A stretch of DNA of 62,594 bases, from assembly GCA_947589685.1 (NCBI GenBank), contig CANQCN010000003.1:1-62594 (forward strand), written 5' to 3'. Shown here in pieces: positions 48,146 through 57,065 of this stretch. The DNA is from an uncultured Clostridia bacterium. Lineage in GTDB: Bacteria; Bacillota; Clostridia; Christensenellales; CAG-314. The translations under genes were made by a program, and so were the position numbers. The notes below the pieces were generated by a model. The model worked only from the letters and a program-made list of their open reading frames with translations. It ran no database searches and had not been told where the DNA came from. Positions within the stretch are counted from its first letter, which is position 1. Each line of letters starts with the position of its first letter.

Positions 48146-48886
48146 ATGAAACGAATTGCGATAGTATTGATCGTATTGTTGTCGGCGCTTACGCTTGCAG
48201 GCTGTGAAGAAACTTATACGCCCGATCCCGCCGTCGAACAGTATTTGAATACCGGTTTGACGGCGGAAAAGGCGTTTGACAAGCTGGATGGCGCAAGCTA
48301 CACTACGGTCGAAACAAAACAGAATAAACAAGGACATATCTTGGGGAAAACGGTCACGGAAGTCGCCATAGACGTCGCGGACAAAAACAATATGTCCATG
48401 GAAATGAACGTGGTGTATTCCGGCGAGAACGTTAAGGACAAGATAGTGAGCGTCCGCACCGACTTGCGAAAGACGGAGGGCGTATACGTGTATAATACCG
48501 AAACGTCCTACTCCGACAAGGACAAACCCGTTGCAAGCGCAAAAGAAATGGACGAAACGGAAGCGACCGATCTGATAAGGTCGGTAGTCTACTTGGACAA
48601 CGGAACTTACGACGAGGGCGGTTTGTACTACGGGGACTATTTCTTGATGATAATTTACAAGTATCCTACCGAATTCTTCTACATCGACGAAGACAACCTG
48701 CTGGTTTTCGACGCGAAGCTTTATCTCGTAAGAGACGATATCGGAGATGTCAAGGTACTCCAAAAGGTAAAAATCAACGATATGGGGTTGATAATTTCCG
48801 AAAGCGAAAATTGGGAAAGCGTCAAGGAGGATCTTGTCATCACAAGCGAGACGGTGCCCGTCTACAACTTTTCGCAAGCAAACTGA
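48146..48886 (+). CDS. Hypothetical lipoprotein
   Basis: Lipobox LAGC, abuts the pulA stop. Confidence 0.8.
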   Translation: MKRIAIVLIVLLSALTLAGCEETYTPDPAVEQYLNTGLTAEKAFDKLDGASYTTVETKQNKQGHILGKTVTEVAIDVADKNNMSMEMNVVYSGENVKDKIVSVRTDLRKTEGVYVYNTETSYSDKDKPVASAKEMDETEATDLIRSVVYLDNGTYDEGGLYYGDYFLMIIYKYPTEFFYIDEDNLLVFDAKLYLVRDDIGDVKVLQKVKINDMGLIISESENWESVKEDLVITSETVPVYNFSQAN

Positions 48887-49208
48887 ACATATGGAAATTT
48901 TCAAACAAGCGGTTTGGCAATCGGCTGAACCGCTTGATATTATGTATACGACCGTATTTGCAAAAAGCGGTCCGAAAGACAACGACCGAATACAATAAAG
49001 CCGTGAGTGAGTTTTATGCTATGCTCCTACCTGTTCAAGCGAAAAATCCGTTTGGAATGTGAAAAATGTTATGATAATACCCGCCGTCCAATTTTGAAGA
49101 TATATAGAAGAGCGCAAAAAAAACATATTCCGTAAAAAAATTTTTACGGAATATACTCCAAAAGATGTTTTTTGTTTGCATATATATCTTTTTTGTTTTA
49201 TAATATTA

Positions 49209-49703
49209 TTAAATAATAGCGATCGATCCCGATTCGTGTCGGAACGTAAAAAAGTAAGCCGCGGTAAAAGCGAGATTTACAAAAATCATCAGCAGTATTC
49301 CGAATATCATCTGTTCTACGTTAAACGGAAGTCCGAGCCAATTGAAGAAATATGCCGATAAAAACATTACCACGGTAAGGGCAAGCGCCGCTACGGCGGA
49401 CAAGCTCACCGACACAATGCCCACAATGTACGGGGTCCCGTCCCACTTGAAAACGAGATTTTTCATAAGTAATGTCGGTTCTTTGAACGAGCGTATGATA
49501 AATCCCGCAATGGAGCCTTCGAAAAGCAACGAAAAAAGCACCGTTATCAACACCAAAATGTCGTCGAATTTTACCCCGACTCTAAAACATTGGACAAGAT
49601 TTGCCACAAGCTGGTATACCATAAACAAGCCTACCGCTACGGTACAGCATAGGTAAATTATTTTGAATACAATGGCTTTGCGAGGTATATATTTGTATTG
49701 CAT
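49209..49703 (-). CDS. Hypothetical four-TM membrane protein
   Basis: Four hydrophobic helices, GGAG-like RBS. Confidence 0.7.
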   Translation of the reverse strand: MQYKYIPRKAIVFKIIYLCCTVAVGLFMVYQLVANLVQCFRVGVKFDDILVLITVLFSLLFEGSIAGFIIRSFKEPTLLMKNLVFKWDGTPYIVGIVSVSLSAVAALALTVVMFLSAYFFNWLGLPFNVEQMIFGILLMIFVNLAFTAAYFFTFRHESGSIAII

Positions 49704-49786
49704 TTTCTCACCCACAAAAGAATTATCACAATTATACAACGTAAATCACAGCCTGTCAATATCAAGCTCGAATCAAGGAGATACTT

Positions 49787-51481
49787 ATGGAAAAAAGCGC
49801 AATTTTACATCAAAGCGACTCTAAATTTTCTTTCCCCGTCAGCGCTACAAAAGCGGTAGTGCGTTTGCGCGCCAAGCGCGACGACAACATCAAGAGCGTC
49901 GTCGTCATCTGGAATACGTCGCACAAGTTTTGGCAAAAGCAATTGCGGCTGCCCATCGAGGTCAAGTTCAGCGACGAGCTTTTCGATTGGTACGTGGGCG
50001 AGCTGGACAACGGCGCGCCGGGATATTCTTATCTGTTTGAAATAACCGACGGAGACGGCACCGTGTGGTACTACAACGAGAGCGGCTTCGATACCGTTAT
50101 GCGCGTGGAGCATGCCTTTGAAGACAATTTTACCGTAGTGTTTCCCAACGAGTTGGACGCCGTCGTTCCCAACAGACAATTCGAGGGACGCGTGTTCTAT
50201 CAGATATTTCCGGAGCGTTTTGCAAAAGCCGCGGGCAAAAAGGCTGCGTATATCAATATGGATTGGAATACCGACAAGCCCGACAATATGCGTTTTGCGG
50301 GCGGCGATCTCGTCGGTATCCGCGAAAAATTGCCCTATCTCAAACAATTGGGCGTCGGCGCCGTGTATATGACCCCCATTCACAGATCCCTTTCCGCCCA
50401 CAAATACGACGTCAACGACTATTTTTCGGTGGACGAGATGTTCGGCACGCTTGACGATCTCAAAGCGTTGGTAGCTTCGGCGCACGATATGGACATCAAG
50501 ATCGTGATGGACCTTGTATTCAACCATTCGGGCTACTACAATCCGATCTTTCAGGACGTTGTAAAGAACGGCAGCAAAAGCAAGTACTACAAGTGGTACT
50601 TTGTAAACGGCGACAAACCCGACAAAAACAAACTAAACTACAAAACGTTTGCCGACGTGTGGTCGATGCCCAAGCTGAATACCAACAACCCCGAAGTACA
50701 GGATTACCTGTGCCGCGTCGGAGAGTTCTATTTGCGCGAGTGCAATGTCGACGGCTACCGTCTGGACGTGGCGTTCGACGTTTCTCACGACTTTTGGCGT
50801 ATTTTCAAGCGCCGTTGCAGGGCGGTAAATCCCGACGTATTCATCATCGGCGAGGATTGGCAAAACTCCGAATCCTTCCTCGGCAACGATCAGTGGGACA
50901 GCGTGATGAATTACGCCTTCAAATACGCTTGCGAGCGCTTTTTTGCGGAACAGCGCTATGACGCCAAGGCGTTTTGCAACTATCTCAACTCTGCCCTGAT
51001 GCGCTACAAGGACGGCACAAATATGATGATGCTCAATTTGGTGGACTCTCACGACACGCCGCGCTTTTTTGAGCAAACGGGACGCAGCAAACCGCTGTTT
51101 TTGATGACAGTCGCCGCCTTGATGTTCTATCCGGGCAATCCGATGATATATTACGGCGACGAAATTTTTATGGACGGCAAAATGGACCCCTACAACCGCA
51201 AGTGCATGCGTTGGGACAGCGCGGAGTACGCAAGCCCGGAACACAAAGTGGTGTGCGATCTGCTGCAAATGCGCAAGCAGGACGTGCTGAAACGCGGCTC
51301 GACGCGTATTTACGAACGGGACGGCTTGGCGTTCATCGAGCGCAGTTTGGACGGCAAAACGCTTGTCTTGGCGTTAAATCGCAGCGGCAAGGACATGGCG
51401 CTTGACAAACGACTCGTCTACGGCTTCAACTGCGCGGAAAGCACGCTGCACAGCGACGGTTTTGCCGTATTGCAAAAGTGA
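49787..51481 (+). CDS. Cytoplasmic GH13 neopullulanase/cyclomaltodextrinase-like
   Basis: N-terminal domain, FYQIFPERF, DLVFNH, DGYRLDVA, IGE, SHD, no signal peptide. Confidence 0.92.
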   Translation: MEKSAILHQSDSKFSFPVSATKAVVRLRAKRDDNIKSVVVIWNTSHKFWQKQLRLPIEVKFSDELFDWYVGELDNGAPGYSYLFEITDGDGTVWYYNESGFDTVMRVEHAFEDNFTVVFPNELDAVVPNRQFEGRVFYQIFPERFAKAAGKKAAYINMDWNTDKPDNMRFAGGDLVGIREKLPYLKQLGVGAVYMTPIHRSLSAHKYDVNDYFSVDEMFGTLDDLKALVASAHDMDIKIVMDLVFNHSGYYNPIFQDVVKNGSKSKYYKWYFVNGDKPDKNKLNYKTFADVWSMPKLNTNNPEVQDYLCRVGEFYLRECNVDGYRLDVAFDVSHDFWRIFKRRCRAVNPDVFIIGEDWQNSESFLGNDQWDSVMNYAFKYACERFFAEQRYDAKAFCNYLNSALMRYKDGTNMMMLNLVDSHDTPRFFEQTGRSKPLFLMTVAALMFYPGNPMIYYGDEIFMDGKMDPYNRKCMRWDSAEYASPEHKVVCDLLQMRKQDVLKRGSTRIYERDGLAFIERSLDGKTLVLALNRSGKDMALDKRLVYGFNCAESTLHSDGFAVLQK

Positions 51482-51524
51482 CTTGCTTCGTTTGCGTCAC
51501 TTTTGCAAAACAGCGCAAAAGTTG

Positions 51525-51553
51525 TTGACAATATTCGTTTTCTTTGTTACAAT
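51525..51553 (+). promoter_or_regulatory. sigma-A promoter of the tRNA cluster
   Basis: TTGACA-17-TACAAT with extended TG. Confidence 0.8.
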
Positions 51554-51585
51554 AAATAGGCTTTTGACAGTAGCGGAAGCAGTAT

Positions 51586-51662
51586 GGCGGCGTAGCTTAG
51601 TTGGTTATAGCGGCCGGTTCATACCCGGCAGGTCGTTGGTTCGAATCCGACCGCCGCTACCA
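51586..51662 (+). tRNA. tRNA-Met (CAT), elongator-type
   Basis: Cloverleaf, anticodon arm GCCGG-TTCATAC-CCGGC, encoded CCA, no initiator GGG/CCC stem. Confidence 0.93.
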
Positions 51663-51669
51663 CAAATAT

Positions 51670-51745
51670 GGCTCCTTGGTCAAGCGGTCTAAGACATCGC
51701 CCTTTCACGGCGGTAACACGAGTTCGATTCTCGTAGGAGTCACCA
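51670..51745 (+). tRNA. tRNA-Glu (TTC)
   Basis: Anticodon loop CTTTCAC, TTCG T-loop, CCA. Confidence 0.95.
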
Positions 51746-51747
51746 AT

Positions 51748-51823
51748 GGGGAGTTAGCTCAGTTGGGAGAGCATCTGCCTTACAAGCAGGGGGTCACAGG
51801 TTCGAGCCCTGTACTCCCCACCA
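51748..51823 (+). tRNA. tRNA-Val (TAC)
   Basis: Anticodon loop CTTACAA, TTCGA T-loop, CCA. Confidence 0.95.
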
Positions 51824-51854
51824 AGCGCGCGGGCTCGCTTTGAGGTCGCACAAG

Positions 51855-51886
51855 AAAGGAACGCACAGGTTTGCGTTCCTTTTCTT
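51855..51886 (+). terminator. Terminator after the tRNA cluster
   Basis: AAAGGAACGCA/TGCGTTCCTTT stem plus T tract. Confidence 0.8.
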
Positions 51887-52232
51887 ATGCTCCTATTTGC
51901 TTCGCCCGCCGCGCGGTGTCTCGTGCAGGAAGTTGAAATAATGTAGCGCTTCGTGCTTGTCGCATTTAGCGTATCATCGCGAAAAAATAATTGTTGCTTT
52001 CTACCACTGCGGGCGGCATTTGGAAAGTCGCTTGCGCAAAAGCCCGCCCTTGTGCATTTGACTACCAACTGCACACTGTGCAGATTGGCTTTACGCCAAA
52101 TGTGATTACTCAGCTGACACGGAGACGAGTCCTGTATCGATAGAAAAACAATCACACAAAACACCTCTTTATTGACTTTTGTCGAACGTTGTGTTATGCT
52201 TTGATTATATTCTATTATTTGAGGTAATCGCC

Positions 52233-53132
52233 ATGGATATGAATGAAAGGTGGGACAAAATTTTGGCTGCTGTAAAAGAAAGCTATCAAGAAGCTATTGC
52301 AATCGCTACCACGAAGGGTGTTACTCAGACTTGTGCGGTGGCAATGCGTACAACCATTGAAGGGCTGGTTAAACTTTTTTATTTGAAGTTTTATAGAAAA
52401 ACATTCGAAAATGAAAAATTCAAACTGGGTAAGGCCATACGGGATCCGAATTTTACCCGACATATTCCGCGAACTTCTCCTAAATGGCAAGAAATAGATG
52501 ACATACGGTTTGCTGGAAATAACCAAGTGCATTTTGTTTTTGACCAAAACACTGTTCAGAATAACATAAAAAAATTTAATAGTGCCGTGCAAACGCTACA
52601 AAACAAATTGGAAATCAATATTATGTCCGACGTACCCGCAGAGGATAAACCTAATGGACCCGTATTGGAAACACAAAGTAAAAGTCCAATCAAAAATCCC
52701 TCAGAACCAAACATCAAAGGAACTGTTCAACGAGGAGAAGAGTTTCATGTACAAACAAATGCGGCATTGCTCAATTTATTATTGGGTACAAACTATAAAG
52801 CATGGATGAAATGTTGGATATATTTAACTAAAGATCCTGATTACCAGCTTGTAATGCTTTCGGAAGGAGAAGTCATCAATGGCTGGACCAATACTTTTGA
52901 AGAGTCTGCAGGGATTTTTCGTGAAGATTTTGTGGATGCACGTGATGAAAAACTTCCTAACCACGAAGGGCTACCTCCGACGTATAGGGCGATTTTCATG
53001 AAATGCGGTAAGGGTAAAGACCGTTATTTTGTTTTTCGTGGTATATACGAGTTGTCAAGAGAAAGTACACCAAATCATAGAATTAGCAAAAGAGTTGCCG
53101 ACAAAGCAGATTTTTCTAAATATCGCCTATAA
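52233..53132 (+). CDS. AT-rich protein: DUF4145/HEPN-like N-terminus, linker, unknown (possibly SRA/PUA-like) C-terminus
   Basis: MRTTIEGLV and IRFAGNNQVH (RxxGNxxxH) motifs. TTGACT-17-TATGCT promoter at 52172-52200 and GAGGT RBS. Confidence 0.7.
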   Translation: MDMNERWDKILAAVKESYQEAIAIATTKGVTQTCAVAMRTTIEGLVKLFYLKFYRKTFENEKFKLGKAIRDPNFTRHIPRTSPKWQEIDDIRFAGNNQVHFVFDQNTVQNNIKKFNSAVQTLQNKLEINIMSDVPAEDKPNGPVLETQSKSPIKNPSEPNIKGTVQRGEEFHVQTNAALLNLLLGTNYKAWMKCWIYLTKDPDYQLVMLSEGEVINGWTNTFEESAGIFREDFVDARDEKLPNHEGLPPTYRAIFMKCGKGKDRYFVFRGIYELSRESTPNHRISKRVADKADFSKYRL

Positions 53133-53250
53133 ATAGACCTGACTATAAGCTGTAAGATATATTACGCGATAAATACAATAATAAGCAACAGAAGGGTATT
53201 GCCTATTTGAATTAATGCGACCGGTAATCGTAAAAATTTTCAAATTTGAG
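53133..53250 (+). promoter_or_regulatory. CRISPR leader ending in ATTTGAG
   Basis: AT-rich, ends ...CAAATTTGAG flush with repeat 1, a known type II-A leader-end motif. Confidence 0.75.
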
Positions 53251-53484
53251 GTTTGAGAATGGTGTAATTTCAAATAGGTCTAAAACCTTGTCAACAGCAG
53301 ATTGATAACGATCATAGTTTGAGAATGGTGTAATTTCAAATAGGTCTAAAACCGTACGGAATAGAAATTCGTCAAATATGACGTTTGAGAATGGTGTAAT
53401 TTCAAATAGGTCTAAAACAACCAATATTTTCATATTTTCCTCCTTTGTGTTTGAGAATGGTGTAATTTCAAGTGAGCTTAAAAT
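53251..53484 (+). CRISPR. Orphan type II-like CRISPR array: 4 repeats, 3 spacers
   Basis: 36-nt repeat GTTTGAGAATGGTGTAATTTCAAATAGGTCTAAAAC at 53251, 53317 and 53383, degenerate copy at 53449. Three unique 30-nt spacers. Confidence 0.95.
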
Positions 53485-53615
53485 TCTGCCGATATAAGAT
53501 CCGCAAGGCGTGCTTACGTCGGGTCGACGAGAAGTTGAAATTGAAATTTTTGTGTTTTGCGATATTCGTTTGCTAATCGGCGTAAAAAATGGTATCATTG
53601 TAGCGGAGGAAAGAT

Positions 53616-54413
53616 ATGACCAAACGAATTTGTACAATGCAGGATCTGTCTTGCGTGGGGCAATGTTCTCTTACGGTTGCGTTGCCCATATTGTCCCGTT
53701 ACGGCATAGAGACATGCGTGCTGCCGACGGCGGTGCTGTCCAATCATACGCAGTTCAAAAGTTGGAGCTATCTCGATCTGACGGACGAAATACCCAACAT
53801 TTATCGCGAGTGGGCAAACAGCGGCATAAGCTTCGACGGCTTTGTGCTGGGATACCTTGGCAAGCGGCGTTTGATGAAGCTCGCGGAGGAGCTTTTCGAC
53901 CGTTTCGGTAACGAGGGCGCTCCCGTAGTCATCGATCCCGTGTTTGCCGACGACGGCAAGTTGTACAGCGGTTTTGACGAGCAATACGTGCGCGAAATGG
54001 CAAAGCTAATTGCCCGCGCCGACATCATCGACCCAAACGTCACCGAAGCGTGTTTTCTTACCGACACGCCGTATCAAGCGGACCACGGCAAGGAGTTTGC
54101 GCAAGAGCTTGCGGTCAAGCTCTCGCAACTTACCTCCGCGACGGTGATAATAACGGGCGTGGAGTTTGACGGCGACATCGGCGAGCTTATTTATTCTCAC
54201 GGCAGTTGCACGTACGTCATGCTGCCCAAGCTGGACGCAAAATACCACGGTACGGGCGATATTTTTACGTCGGTGATGAGCGCGCACTATTTTGCGGGAG
54301 AAACGCTTGCAGCAAGCTGTCTTAAAGCGGGGCAATTTGTGGCGGACTGCATGCGCGGTACCGACAAGGCGCACTTTTACGGCGTCAATTTCGAAAAGCA
54401 ATTGGCAAAGTGA
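53616..54413 (+). CDS. pdxK: Pyridoxal/pyridoxamine kinase
   Basis: QDLSCVGQCSL, LPTAVLSNHT, DPVFADDG, PNVTEA, GTGD. Confidence 0.9.
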   Translation: MTKRICTMQDLSCVGQCSLTVALPILSRYGIETCVLPTAVLSNHTQFKSWSYLDLTDEIPNIYREWANSGISFDGFVLGYLGKRRLMKLAEELFDRFGNEGAPVVIDPVFADDGKLYSGFDEQYVREMAKLIARADIIDPNVTEACFLTDTPYQADHGKEFAQELAVKLSQLTSATVIITGVEFDGDIGELIYSHGSCTYVMLPKLDAKYHGTGDIFTSVMSAHYFAGETLAASCLKAGQFVADCMRGTDKAHFYGVNFEKQLAK

Positions 54414-54949
54414 CGGCAATGGAAAAGCTCGCGATAAGACTTTGCCGACAGCGCGAGGCGGAGGCGGTGGGCGCGTTTTACGACGAAGTAGTCAAGTACC
54501 TCGTCCAACACGTCAATTGGCCCAAGTGGACGTACAAGGTGTATCCGTCGACGACCTTCGTGCGGCAAATGACGGAGCAAAACAGTCAGTTTGTGTGTAC
54601 GCTCGACGGTAAACTCGTTGCGGCGTTTGTTATCAACGATGATCCGCAAGGCGCTTACGATCGCGTAAATTGGAGCATACCTCTCGACAGAGGCGAGTAT
54701 TTGGTTTGTCACGCAGTGGCGGTGGCGACGGATATGCAAAACAAGGGCGTAGGCGGGCGGATAGTGGATTTTTGCAAGCAATTCGCCTCGTCGCACGGCT
54801 ACAAGGCGATACGTCTCGACGTTGTGCCGAGCAACATTCCCGCAAAAAAGCTGTACGAAAGCTGCGGTTTCCGTTATTGCGGCGACGTCGATCTGTCGCG
54901 CGGTTACAAGGATATTCCCTTGTTCAGTATGTACGAATACAATTTATGA
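54410..54949 (+). CDS. GNAT acetyltransferase
   Basis: AV...QNKGVG, IRLDV..NIPAKKLYESCGF. Confidence 0.9.
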   Translation: MTAMEKLAIRLCRQREAEAVGAFYDEVVKYLVQHVNWPKWTYKVYPSTTFVRQMTEQNSQFVCTLDGKLVAAFVINDDPQGAYDRVNWSIPLDRGEYLVCHAVAVATDMQNKGVGGRIVDFCKQFASSHGYKAIRLDVVPSNIPAKKLYESCGFRYCGDVDLSRGYKDIPLFSMYEYNL

Positions 54950-55240
54950 TTTCACTTCAATGAACGCGTTTGCGCGTTCTTTTTTTTGCAAAAATGCGAT
55001 ATGGGGTACAAAAAATCGCTTGTAAATTCGTTGTTTTGTGCGTCGCGCGCACAAATGCTTTGCGAAAAAGCGCGTTTTTGATTGCGCTCGGTCGCCGTTT
55101 GTTGATTTTTGAAAACATATATGCTACAATTATATATAATACAATAATTGCACGGCGCCGTTGACGTTTTGTTTACCGACAGAATTTACAATGTTTTCAT
55201 ACGGACGATTGCGGCTTTTGAGGGCGCAAAGGAGATAAAG

Positions 55241-55915
55241 ATGATTTCCGTAAAGGGATTGACAAAGAAATACGTAACGGGCAAAACGGACTTTTTTGCT
55301 TTGAGCGGAGTGGATATGGAAATCGGCGACGGCGAATTTGTTGCTATCACGGGCAAATCGGGCAGCGGCAAATCCACACTGCTCAATATCATCGGCACGT
55401 TGGACGAGCCCACGAGCGGCGTCGTGACGGTGGACGGCGAAGATATCTCGAAATTTCGACCCAAAGCGGTGGCCGCTTACAGAAACAAAACCGTCGGGTT
55501 TGTGTTTCAAGCTTTCTATCTCGAACCGAGCTACACGGTGTACGACAACGTCGAGCTGCCCTTGATACTCGCAGGCAAAACGGGCGACAACGGCGACAAA
55601 ATAAACGCCGCCCTCAATATGGTGGGGCTCGGTCATAAATCCGCGGAAAAAGCCCGTACGCTTTCGGGCGGCGAGCAGCAGCGCGTGGCGATAGCGCGGG
55701 CGATAGTCAACGATCCGAGGTACATCCTTGCAGACGAGCCTTGCGGCAATCTCGACACGACCAACAGCGACAACGTTATGAAGATACTTGCCGATTTGCA
55801 CGCCCAAGGCAAAACGGTGATAATGGTTACTCACGACGCCGAGGACGCGGCAAAGGCGAGTCGGATCGTAACAATGTCCGACGGCAAAATAGTAAAAGAT
55901 GAAAAAACTGCTTAA
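55241..55915 (+). CDS. ABC transporter ATP-binding protein (LolD/MacB-like)
   Basis: [36 protein letters not shown] before ATG 55241. Confidence 0.93.
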   Translation: MISVKGLTKKYVTGKTDFFALSGVDMEIGDGEFVAITGKSGSGKSTLLNIIGTLDEPTSGVVTVDGEDISKFRPKAVAAYRNKTVGFVFQAFYLEPSYTVYDNVELPLILAGKTGDNGDKINAALNMVGLGHKSAEKARTLSGGEQQRVAIARAIVNDPRYILADEPCGNLDTTNSDNVMKILADLHAQGKTVIMVTHDAEDAAKASRIVTMSDGKIVKDEKTA

Positions 55916-57065
55916 ACTCAGCCTGTTGGAGGCTTCCTTCCTAAAAAGGACGCTTGTCGTCATATTCGTTATATTTACGGCGTTCGGCGCGGCGTTTCTT
56001 GCCGTGATTTCCGTAATGTTGGATACCCCTCGCGGCATGATCGCGGGCATTGACGCTTCCAAGCAGTACTACGCCAATCTCTACGGAGGAGAGTGCTTTG
56101 CGTTGCAAACGGAAAACCGATCCGCCGACTTTGCCGAACGGTATTCCGCTTGTTTGTGTTACGGCACGTTGGCGGGCACGACCTTCGACGCGGAGCTTCG
56201 GCGCGACGACGCCGTATTTTTGACGGATCTCGTCACGCAGTTGGGAAACGGCGATCACAAGTTGGAGTATCGCGTGGAACGACACGGATATTTCATTCCG
56301 CGGCAATACGCCTCCCGCGCGCAATTCGGTTTGCCGCAAAACGCCGAAAGGGGGATATGGCTTTGCTCCGAAATAGCTTCGGCGCTCGGCGTTCAGTCAC
56401 GCGACGAGATATTTTTGGGCGACAGACGGCTGTCGGTATTGGGCGTTTACGAAAGGGGCGGCGTAATACATTCCTACGCCGAAGATGAACCCGTGTTGCC
56501 CTCCGCGTGGTTTTACGTTGTGGACAACGCCGAAAACGCGGTGTTCGATACGCTGTATCTTGCCTATACAAGCACGCGGGATATTTTCGACGTTTGGCAA
56601 CGCGCCGACGAAAACCTGCGTCTCAGCGATATTTTGACGCAGTGGCACGATGACATTGCGTTGGTGCAGACATATTACGGCTATCTTGCCATCTTGTTGG
56701 GCGCGTTGATACTGTTTTTGCTGTATGCGTTGTTTGCCTTGCTGTACCGCTCGCGCAAGGCGCAGATGTGCCGATTTGCGCTGTTGGGCGCAACGGGAAC
56801 AACTGCTACTTTCATTTACGCGGCAATCGCGCTGGGCGTAATTTTGTGCGCCACCGTGTTGGCGTCGGCGTTTTCGGTGGTGCTGAGCAAATTTTTGTTG
56901 CGGGTGTGTACCCGTTTGTTCAACGTGACATATCCATATCGTTTTCGGGTGTGGTTGCCCTTTGCTCTTTTGGGCGGGTGCGTACTTGTTGTCGGCATAA
57001 CGTTCGTTTGGCTGCACAAGCGCATGTCCCGATTGCCGATAGCGCAGGAGGTGCGCCATGAGTAG
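55899..57065 (+). CDS. Divergent FtsX-like ABC permease
   Basis: One TM, large loop, then three TM. Overlaps the ATPase gene. Confidence 0.75.
   Translation: MKKLLKLSLLEASFLKRTLVVIFVIFTAFGAAFLAVISVMLDTPRGMIAGIDASKQYYANLYGGECFALQTENRSADFAERYSACLCYGTLAGTTFDAELRRDDAVFLTDLVTQLGNGDHKLEYRVERHGYFIPRQYASRAQFGLPQNAERGIWLCSEIASALGVQSRDEIFLGDRRLSVLGVYERGGVIHSYAEDEPVLPSAWFYVVDNAENAVFDTLYLAYTSTRDIFDVWQRADENLRLSDILTQWHDDIALVQTYYGYLAILLGALILFLLYALFALLYRSRKAQMCRFALLGATGTTATFIYAAIALGVILCATVLASAFSVVLSKFLLRVCTRLFNVTYPYRFRVWLPFALLGGCVLVVGITFVWLHKRMSRLPIAQEVRHE

Noticed and set aside
49125-49154. Palindrome ATATTCCGTAAAAA/TTTTTACGGAATAT
   Set aside because: Lies between convergent genes, most simply a terminator.
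51586-51662. tRNA-Ile2 or initiator assignment
   Set aside because: Sequence resembles the Bacillota elongator tRNA-Met and lacks initiator hallmarks.
52233-53132. Calling the array-adjacent ORF Cas13, Cas9 or Csn2
   Set aside because: Only 299 aa, one HEPN-like motif, and no RuvC/HNH or Csn2 features recognised.
51824-53615. Integrase or duplicated tRNA-Val 3' end bounding the islet
   Set aside because: Neither was found, so no mobile element is called.
53212-53637. 141-aa minus-strand ORF with repeated VLDLFEITPFSN
   Set aside because: Translation of the CRISPR repeats (66-nt period keeps frame).
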